Shown piece by piece: positions 57,092 to 64,000 of a stretch of 64,000 nt of DNA (positions are counted from its first letter, which is position 1; each line of letters begins with the position of its first letter). The stretch is from a bacterium (GTDB taxonomy: Bacteria > Bacillota > Clostridia > Lachnospirales > Lachnospiraceae), in the NCBI GenBank assembly GCA_963658085.1, contig CAVKOU010000008.1:8-64007 (forward strand), in the 5' to 3' direction. Made by a program: the position numbers and the translations under genes. The notes under the pieces are model-generated. The model was not told where the DNA came from. It did not search any database and saw only the letters and a program-made list of their open reading frames with translations.

Positions 57092-58390
57092 ATGGTGAAC
57101 AGTATCAAATATTATTTAGTTGATAGCGAAAATGTAAACGACAATTGGTTGATGCTACTGGATCTGGCAAACGAAGAGGATGAGATTGTTATCTTCTACA
57201 CCAAGAATTCCCCTCACATGTCCTACATGTCAGTGGTGAAGCTTCTTGGCAATACTACCCGAAAGATTACTTTCGAGGAATGCTACGAAGGCAACAATGC
57301 CTTGGATTTCCAATTGATTTCCTATATGGGATATCTTATGAACGAGGATTCCAGGGAAAATGGCACTGAATTTGTAGTCATGAGCAATGACACCGGTTTT
57401 GATGCCGCCGTGAAATTTTGGAAAAAGAAAGGCTTTGCGGTTCGGAGAGTGAATGTAAATTTCTGTAAGATTGCATTGCACAAGCACAAAACTACGGAGT
57501 CGGAAACACCTGTCGTCCCAGAACATGAAGCTGCGAAAGAGACAGCTCCTGTTGTCCCAGAATACGAAGCTGCGAAAGAGACAGCTCCTGTTATCGCAGA
57601 ACACGAAACAGCGAAAGAGCAAGCTCTTGTTGCAGAAGTTTCCGCAGATTCTACCGCAGTAAGTTGCCTTCCTGAGTTTGCTGAGACAGAAGGAACTCCT
57701 TCTGAGGATTCCAAGGAAATCTCTTATCTTCCTGAGTTTATAGAATCAAAGGAACAACCTTCGGAGGAACCAACGCGCTCGGAAGAACCAGAGGTTCCTG
57801 TAACTTCTGTAGCTCCTGTAGCTCTCGAAACTCCTGTAGCTCCTGCAGTTACGGAAAGCAAAACAACCACAGAAGCCTCTGAAGAATTTAAACAAATTAC
57901 ATTTCTTCCTGAATTTGTGGAAACCGAAGAAGATTCTTTAGAAGACTTCAAAGAAAGCACCCACCTTCCTGAATTTTCCGAGACCAAGGAGGAATCTTCC
58001 CCCTACGCTTTTGACAAACAGGAAGTGGATGAAATCATCAATTGTATTACAAAGGACTCTTTAGAGTCCCTCCACGAAACCTTGGTTCACATTTATGGTC
58101 GGGACCAGGGTCAGAAGATTTATAAGACCATTAAATCCAACGCTTATCCTTATAAGCAGACAATTTACTCCCGCAAGGAAAAAGTAACTCATATCACTGA
58201 TATAATCTTTTTACACAGTGACCTTGAAAATCCTGGGGATTTTGTTGATTTCCTGGAGAAAAACAAAAATAAGACCAAGAATTTAAATGGGATTCGATCT
58301 GCCATTAACAAGACTTATGGTTCCGCTAATGGCATCAAGTACTATAGTTTATTCAAACCGTATTTCAAGATTATATCAGCTATGAAATAA
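57092..58390 (+). CDS. LabA/NYN-like (PIN-fold) domain protein with central acidic tandem repeats and an uncharacterised C-terminal domain
   Basis: The N-terminal 125 aa carry VDSENV, NNALDFQL and VMSNDTGFD, the LabA-type NYN acidic motifs. There are three copies of PV(V/I)PE(H/Y)EAAKETA (nt 57509-57625) and four copies of the LPEFxE(T/S) motif (nt 57665-57991). Confidence 0.6.
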   Translation: MVNSIKYYLVDSENVNDNWLMLLDLANEEDEIVIFYTKNSPHMSYMSVVKLLGNTTRKITFEECYEGNNALDFQLISYMGYLMNEDSRENGTEFVVMSNDTGFDAAVKFWKKKGFAVRRVNVNFCKIALHKHKTTESETPVVPEHEAAKETAPVVPEYEAAKETAPVIAEHETAKEQALVAEVSADSTAVSCLPEFAETEGTPSEDSKEISYLPEFIESKEQPSEEPTRSEEPEVPVTSVAPVALETPVAPAVTESKTTTEASEEFKQITFLPEFVETEEDSLEDFKESTHLPEFSETKEESSPYAFDKQEVDEIINCITKDSLESLHETLVHIYGRDQGQKIYKTIKSNAYPYKQTIYSRKEKVTHITDIIFLHSDLENPGDFVDFLEKNKNKTKNLNGIRSAINKTYGSANGIKYYSLFKPYFKIISAMK

Positions 58391-58418
58391 TGATGGAAAG
58401 GTCGTCCGGATAGCAAAT

Positions 58419-58468
58419 GCCACCGAGGACTCTGAGAAACATCTCTCAGGTCCCCCGGTGGCTTTTTT
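58419..58468 (+). terminator. Rho-independent terminator
   Basis: gccaccgaggactctgaga...tctcaggtcccccggtggc followed by tttttt. Confidence 0.8.
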
Positions 58469-58583
58469 GTTCCTAATTAAATCCAATACTTCTTCTTTGC
58501 AAAGACTTTACACGGAGGCAATTATGTTATAATAACTTCACGAATGTTTCTCGTGATTTTGGAAATCTATATGGGAGGTTACT

Positions 58584-59057
58584 ATGAAAAAATTATTATT
58601 TGTTGATGTAGACGGTACTCTCAGCAGTCCTTGCTACAAAGTAGATGAAAAATTTCAGATTGGGATGTCTGGCGAACAATGGGAAGAATATTGCAAGGTC
58701 CACGGCGAAGACACCTATGAGTATTGCAGACCGGTGCCGGTCGTCAAAGAGTATATTGAAGCTGCAAAAGCGGATGGAGCTATGCTATTTGTTCTTACTA
58801 CCACCTGTTCTCAGGATGAGATTAAGGCTAAGCGCAAGTTTGTAAATCAGCACTATGCCGGACTTTTTGAGGAAGTGATTGGTGTGGAACACGATAATCA
58901 AAAGGTCGACTATATTTTGGAGAAGGCACAGGAGCTTGGAGTAGCCGCAGTAAACTGTGAACTCATCGAAGATACCTATAATATTTTGTTACAGGCTATC
59001 ACTACAGGTATCCGGTGCACCCACCTAAGTACCATCCTCACAGGAATCAATCAATAA
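58584..59057 (+). CDS. Small HAD-superfamily phosphatase (5'-nucleotidase-like)
   Basis: Motif I FVDVDGTL, motif II TTT and a late acidic motif IEDT. SD GGGAGG is present. Confidence 0.6.
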   Translation: MKKLLFVDVDGTLSSPCYKVDEKFQIGMSGEQWEEYCKVHGEDTYEYCRPVPVVKEYIEAAKADGAMLFVLTTTCSQDEIKAKRKFVNQHYAGLFEEVIGVEHDNQKVDYILEKAQELGVAAVNCELIEDTYNILLQAITTGIRCTHLSTILTGINQ

Positions 59058-59250
59058 CTAAATAAGCTGATATGTATCTATTCCGTACCATGAAAAACTG
59101 CATTCTGCGAATGGTGTCCAATCATCACAACAATATTTATATGAAAATACAAATCAATAACCCATACGTGGCAAGTTTAGGTTGCCACATATGGGTTCTT
59201 TTTAGAAAACGCATTTCTCTAATCTATAGAAATAATCTATAGAAATTTCA

Positions 59251-61278
59251 TTACGAAAGTTCATCTGGTTTGTCGACGGAATGATCGGAGAAACTGTCTC
59301 CTGTGGTCGCTCCAGATAAATCTGCTGTCTTGCTATACTTTTCTACCGTAATAGTATACTGACTATCACCTTCTACATAGACGGTTCCGTCAGTTCCTTT
59401 AATAGTAACGGTTTTGCCATCTGTATCCTGAATGGTTCCCTCACTCTGAAGACTTGTAAGGGTACTGTCTCCTGTTACGATCCAGGTAGAGTCAGAATCA
59501 ATGTAAAGATTTGCAGCGCCATCTCCCCCGTCTCCCGCATAGGTTTCATCATCTACAAAGGCACCGGTGATTACACTTCCGTTGGTAAGGTAAAAGTCCA
59601 GGTTACTGATGCTGTCGTAAATCACATCCCCTTCCATGGTCTGACTGGAAGTTGTGAAATTACAATCTGCTCCGTTAGATCCGCTGCTTCCCCATCCTCT
59701 CTGGTTATTATTTCCTGTACATCTGAGGAAAAATTCAGAATCTGATGCATTGGTAATGTCTACATCTGAAAGATAGAAGGTAGACTGTGTATTGGTAGTA
59801 TAAAACTGGCCGCCATTTTTTGCAGTAAGGCTTCCGCCTGTCATCTGGAAGGTTCCCTCACCTTCTTCCGAATCTCCGGACATACTTTGATATAAAATTA
59901 CATTCCAAGTACAATCATTCTGATCATCATCGGCCATATTTCCTGTTAAGTCACAATTATATAAACGGAGATTATTCTTTCCTTCCAGACAAATACCTTC
60001 GGAATTTTCTGCCGTCAAAGTCGCATCACTTACCGAAATATCTGCAGTTGTATAAACCGCAGGTGATCCCGTTCCTGTAGAAGTATAGGTTCCCCCATCT
60101 ACTACCATAGTACCGCCACCTCTGTCACTTCGAATAGCTGCAGAAGACTCTCCCGCTGTGGTGACATCAAGATCCCAGGCATAGAGAGTTCCTCCACCTG
60201 CTACGTGAATTCCACCGGAAGTATCTGCGCTGGTTTTAATCGTAGAATCAGAAGCATATACTACACCATCTCCGTAGGCAAAAAGTCCTGCACCTCCGTT
60301 GGCATCAGTCGTGAAATTTCCACCTTTTACATAAGAAGTTCCGTCGGTGGTAAGAAGGGCAGCTCCCACCCCGTAAAAGCTGGAATTGTCTCCTCCTGTA
60401 CTGTCTTTCGAAGTACGGGTTGCCTCGATATTATCAAAAGTCACCTTTGCTCCACTGCTTACCAAGATCGCATTTTCATCGGTTCCTGTTGAATCATAGG
60501 ATTCACCGGAAACCTCACTGTCCTCTGTAAATTCCTTCAAAGCCGTATAATCTGTTACTCCTTCAGAACTCCCGGAACTTTCTCCCACAACCACAGAGGT
60601 AATATTTCCATTCTCGTCCACTTTTACAGTCAGGTTGTCTCCCTCTTTAATATCACTCAATTTTATAGTATTATCATCAGAATCCTTAAGAACAGAGGTA
60701 TCCTTCAGTACGATTTCAAAAGTAAGACCAGAGGAATCTCCCCCTTGGTCTCCGGATGGCTGTTGTCCTCCCGCGTCTCCTGATGGTTGGTCTCCGGATG
60801 GCTGCTCTCCCGAATTTCCCGACGGCTTCTCCATGGCATCTTCTGAATCCGAAGATGACTGATCTGCTGAATCTGTGCTACTGTCTGTATCGGTTTTTGT
60901 ATCGTCTGTAGTTGATTTAGAATCGTCAGTGGTTGACTTTGTATCATCAGTTGATGCGCTATCTCCATCCGGCTTTTCCGGTGGTGTCTGTCCATCGGTA
61001 CTTCCCTGATCTCCACCATTTCCACTTGGTGCCTCTCCACTCGGGGCCTCACCGCTTGGGGCATTTCCATCTTGTGCCTGGCCACCACCCATGCCTCCAC
61101 CCATTCCGGTGTTAGCGGATATGGTAATGGTATCTCCGTCCACGGAAGATACAGTACCGGAGAGGGTGCTGTCAGATACTACTACACTATTACTGCTTGT
61201 TGCGCTACAACCTGTAAGAATAACGGCAGAGGTTAATCCTCCGCAAAATAATGCTTTCCATAATTTTTTATTTCTCAT
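59251..61278 (-). CDS. Secreted lipoprotein with a low-complexity linker and a parallel beta-helix (Cthe_2159-like carbohydrate-binding) domain
   Basis: Lipobox LTGCSATSS, followed by APSGE, DDxKSTT and QPSGD repeats. The remainder has repetitive G/T/S/D-rich beta-helix-like turns (GGxxTxxxxGGAGLFAYGDG...). ATG at 61278 follows AGGAG. Confidence 0.6.
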   Translation of the reverse strand: MRNKKLWKALFCGGLTSAVILTGCSATSSNSVVVSDSTLSGTVSSVDGDTITISANTGMGGGMGGGQAQDGNAPSGEAPSGEAPSGNGGDQGSTDGQTPPEKPDGDSASTDDTKSTTDDSKSTTDDTKTDTDSSTDSADQSSSDSEDAMEKPSGNSGEQPSGDQPSGDAGGQQPSGDQGGDSSGLTFEIVLKDTSVLKDSDDNTIKLSDIKEGDNLTVKVDENGNITSVVVGESSGSSEGVTDYTALKEFTEDSEVSGESYDSTGTDENAILVSSGAKVTFDNIEATRTSKDSTGGDNSSFYGVGAALLTTDGTSYVKGGNFTTDANGGAGLFAYGDGVVYASDSTIKTSADTSGGIHVAGGGTLYAWDLDVTTAGESSAAIRSDRGGGTMVVDGGTYTSTGTGSPAVYTTADISVSDATLTAENSEGICLEGKNNLRLYNCDLTGNMADDDQNDCTWNVILYQSMSGDSEEGEGTFQMTGGSLTAKNGGQFYTTNTQSTFYLSDVDITNASDSEFFLRCTGNNNQRGWGSSGSNGADCNFTTSSQTMEGDVIYDSISNLDFYLTNGSVITGAFVDDETYAGDGGDGAANLYIDSDSTWIVTGDSTLTSLQSEGTIQDTDGKTVTIKGTDGTVYVEGDSQYTITVEKYSKTADLSGATTGDSFSDHSVDKPDELS

Positions 61279-61422
61279 AAAATAAGCTCCTTTCATTGCC
61301 TACATTCCCAAGGCGTTTACCAAAGGAACAATAACAACTTACAGGAGCTAGTATAGCCAAGGTTTGTGATTGACTCGTGATTAGGATTTGAAAAATTTGT
61401 GAAAACAAATCATTAAGAAACC

Positions 61423-61980
61423 TTATGCATCAATTGTCAATGAGTGGTAGATTTCTCCATCCAGATCTTTCCAGAGAAAGGTATCTCCCTCTAAGATCAT
61501 ATACCCATGAGCACTGTCTTCTTTTGGAATAGAAACGGAACCAGGGTTTAAATAAAGGTTCTCCTGCCCAAAGATTTCCCAGGCCGGCACGTGGGTATGG
61601 CCATGCAATAAAATATCTCCAGGCATCAGCGGTGGACATTTACTTATATTATAATTGTGTCCGTGAGTGGCATATACCAGATGATCTCTCACTGTAAGGA
61701 TGGCATAATCTGCCAGAATCGGAAATTCCAATACCATCTGATCCACTTCTGTATCGCAATTTCCCCGAACACAAAGAATCTTGTCCTTCATAGGATTTAA
61801 CATAGCGATCACGTCCTTTGGGGCATATTCCTTGGGAAGATCATTTCTTGGACCGTGATACAAAACATCTCCAAGAAGCATTAAGCGGTCTGCTTTTTCT
61901 TTTTGAAACATATTTAACAACTGTCTGCAATAATAGGCAGATCCATGAATATCTGAAGCTATCATTATCTTCATAAGCAT
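61423..61980 (-). CDS. yfcE: Phosphodiesterase YfcE
   Basis: Close by-eye match to E. coli YfcE (ASDIHGS, LGDVLYHGPRN, VRGNCDTEVDQM, GHTH). Confidence 0.85.
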   Translation of the reverse strand: MLMKIMIASDIHGSAYYCRQLLNMFQKEKADRLMLLGDVLYHGPRNDLPKEYAPKDVIAMLNPMKDKILCVRGNCDTEVDQMVLEFPILADYAILTVRDHLVYATHGHNYNISKCPPLMPGDILLHGHTHVPAWEIFGQENLYLNPGSVSIPKEDSAHGYMILEGDTFLWKDLDGEIYHSLTIDA

Positions 61981-62090
61981 TCTCCTACTTTCGTCATAAT
62001 CTACTTAATCTACTCATCCATAATAGCACACTACGAACTTTTAAACATCAAAAAAGAAGCGCCAGACTCCACATTTATAGTTCTGAACCG

Positions 62091-63401
62091 TTACAAAATA
62101 TCAATATATTCTCCAGCTAACGCCTTGTTCATGCTTCTTACCGCACAGAACTTTCCGCACATACTGCAGGTATCGCTGTGATCATCTTCCGGTTTTCTGC
62201 TGTCACGGATAGCTTTTGCAGTTTCCGGATCCAAGGCACAGGCATACTGGGCATCCCAATCTAATACTCTGCGGGCGTCTGCCATTTTATCATCTATGTC
62301 TCTGGCTCCCGGAACCCCCTTTGCAATATCGGCCGCATGAGCAGCGATTTTTGATGCTATGATTCCCTGCTTTGTATCTTCTACATTCGGAAGTGCCAAA
62401 TGCTCTGCAGGAGTTACATAGCAAAGGAAGGCAGCACCACTCATGGCAGCAACAGCGCCTCCGATGGCAGCAGTAATGTGATCATATCCAGGAGCAATAT
62501 CTGTAACCAAAGGTCCCAGTACGTAGAATGGTGCTCCCATACAGATACTCTGCTGTACCTTCATATTTGCAGCAACCTGATCTAGCGGAACATGTCCGGG
62601 GCCTTCCACCATTACCTGCACATTGTGCTCCCAGGCGCGTTTTGTCAGCTCACCCAGACGGACAAGCTCCTCAATCTGGCACACATCGGTAGCATCTGCA
62701 AGACATCCCGGACGACAGGCATCTCCCAGTGAAATAGTCACATCATACTCTTCACAAATATCAAGAATTTCATCATAGTATTCATAGAATGGATTTTCCT
62801 CTCCTGTCATACACATCCATGCAAATACCAAACTTCCACCACGACTTACGATGTTCATTTTACGCTTATGTTTTTTGATCTGTTCGATGGTTTTACGTGT
62901 GATTCCACAGTGCAGCGTAACAAAATCAACGCCGTCCTCCGCATGCATACGGATTACATCGATAAAATCTTTGGCAGTTAAAGTTGCAAGATCCCTTTGA
63001 TAATGAATGACACTGTCATAAACCGGAACAGTACCGATCATAACCGGACATTCCCTGGTAAGCTTTTGCCGGAAAGGCTGTGTATTTCCATGACTGGAAA
63101 GATCCATAATGGCCTCCGCACCAAGTTCTACAGCACTCATGACTTTTTTCATTTCAATGTCATAATCCTTACAATCCCTGGAAACCCCCAGATTTACGTT
63201 GATTTTTGTACGGAGCATACTTCCAACACCTTCTGCACTTAAGCAAGTGTGGTTTTTGTTGGCACAAATTGCAACTTTTCCTTCAGCCACCAGCGTCATT
63301 AATTTGCTTACTTCCATATGCTCTTTTTCTGCTACAAGTTTAATTTCCGGCGTAATAATTCCCTTTCTTGCCGCATCCATTTGAGTTGTATAATTTCTCA
63401 T
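62091..63401 (-). CDS. thiC: Phosphomethylpyrimidine synthase
   Basis: Radical-SAM ThiC motifs ([17 protein letters not shown]) and the C-terminal CSMCGKFC cluster. Confidence 0.93.
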   Translation of the reverse strand: MRNYTTQMDAARKGIITPEIKLVAEKEHMEVSKLMTLVAEGKVAICANKNHTCLSAEGVGSMLRTKINVNLGVSRDCKDYDIEMKKVMSAVELGAEAIMDLSSHGNTQPFRQKLTRECPVMIGTVPVYDSVIHYQRDLATLTAKDFIDVIRMHAEDGVDFVTLHCGITRKTIEQIKKHKRKMNIVSRGGSLVFAWMCMTGEENPFYEYYDEILDICEEYDVTISLGDACRPGCLADATDVCQIEELVRLGELTKRAWEHNVQVMVEGPGHVPLDQVAANMKVQQSICMGAPFYVLGPLVTDIAPGYDHITAAIGGAVAAMSGAAFLCYVTPAEHLALPNVEDTKQGIIASKIAAHAADIAKGVPGARDIDDKMADARRVLDWDAQYACALDPETAKAIRDSRKPEDDHSDTCSMCGKFCAVRSMNKALAGEYIDIL

Positions 63402-63504
63402 GTTATTGTTCCTCCACTTTTTTATGAAATAATATTTGTGTTAAAAGATCGTAACTATTCAGACTCCCCCTCGCAAAATCGCCTCTGAAAAGTTTTCTTT
63501 TTGC

Positions 63505-64000
63505 TCATGCAGCCTGAACCCCGACTCCGCTTTTCTGTAAAACAGAAATCAAAACAAACGCAAGAATACTTCCTGCAACTGTTGAGATCAAGAATGGAAT
63601 CACATAGACAAATAATCCTGCCGGGGCCGCTCCCATAAGAAACCGGGCAACCGGATAGGCGGCAAGGCCTCCAAGTAAACCTGTGCCAATGGCTTCCGCA
63701 AAGCAGGTCAAACTTAAAACCTTGCATTTTTTATAAACCAATCCGCAGCACAAAGCTCCCACCATGCTTCCAGGAAAAGCCATCAGGCTTCCAAGTCCCA
63801 GCAGATTACGAAGTAAGCTTGCACAGAAAGCAATGCCCACGCCCCATCCCGGCCCCAGGGTAACAGCGGCGAGAATATTCACCATATGCTGAACCGGCGC
63901 GCATTTACTTCCGGCAACTGGAATACTCAAAAAACTCCCCACCACAGCAAGGGCAGTAAGAACCCCTGCCAAAGCCAATTTCTTTGTCTTAATTGCTTCA
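63505..64000 (-). CDS. thiW: ECF transporter S-component ThiW (5' end runs off the right edge)
   Basis: Small multi-TM protein containing CAPVQHMVNILAAV and FPGSM. The frame stays open to the window end (…EAIKTKKLALAG). Confidence 0.75.
   Translation of the reverse strand, partial: EAIKTKKLALAGVLTALAVVGSFLSIPVAGSKCAPVQHMVNILAAVTLGPGWGVGIAFCASLLRNLLGLGSLMAFPGSMVGALCCGLVYKKCKVLSLTCFAEAIGTGLLGGLAAYPVARFLMGAAPAGLFVYVIPFLISTVAGSILAFVLISVLQKSGVGVQAA

Noticed and set aside
63455-63727. A 90-aa minus-strand ORF overlapping the 3' part of thiW.
   Set aside because: It is out of frame with the well-supported ThiW membrane protein. Its Cys/Arg-rich translation has no motif.

Overview
This 64 kb window looks like a chromosomal segment of a low-to-moderate-GC Firmicute. 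Protein motifs and gene order suggest Clostridia, possibly Lachnospiraceae, but that is inference. Nearly all genes are on the minus strand and most are housekeeping. In coordinate order the window holds: a decayed mobile-element remnant (RhuM-like fragment, frameshifted RepA_N) next to the guaA 3' end; ferredoxin; a full phosphate regulon block (pstS-pstC-pstA-pstB-phoU plus an OmpR-type regulator and histidine kinase); a SAM methyltransferase, a HAD hydrolase and nth; an M18 aminopeptidase; a FliB-like lysine methylase; a TetM/EF-G-like GTPase fused to a Rae1/YacP NYN RNase domain; a cytoplasmic parvulin PPIase; mgtE with a long leader; a DUF4340/GldG/ABC-2/ABC-ATPase cluster; a yitJ-like homocysteine-methyltransferase/MTHFR fusion; an amino-acid ABC transporter; tRNA-Leu; a GGDEF protein; a six-tRNA operon (Pro-Gly-Arg-His-Gln-Lys); ysnB-like/rdgB/THUMP methyltransferase; DUF1700; type III glutamine synthetase; fba; tRNA-Glu; a ugpC-A-E-B plus glpQ operon; a lipid kinase; murB-rapZ-whiA plus a Crh-like HPr; a CNNM/CorC transporter; rpiB-HAD-thrE plus a degenerate sigma-70 paralog; Cof; DUF3048; a LabA/NYN repeat protein; a beta-helix lipoprotein; yfcE; and thiW-thiC. 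I saw no CRISPR array, rRNA or intact transposase. The most unusual items are the ribosome-GTPase::NYN-nuclease fusion and its apparent operon, the sigma-70-derived protein that lacks its DNA-binding regions, the second NYN-domain protein with acidic tandem repeats, the His15-less HPr, and several structured non-coding stretches. All calls come from reading the sequence and ORF translations by eye. No searches were run.
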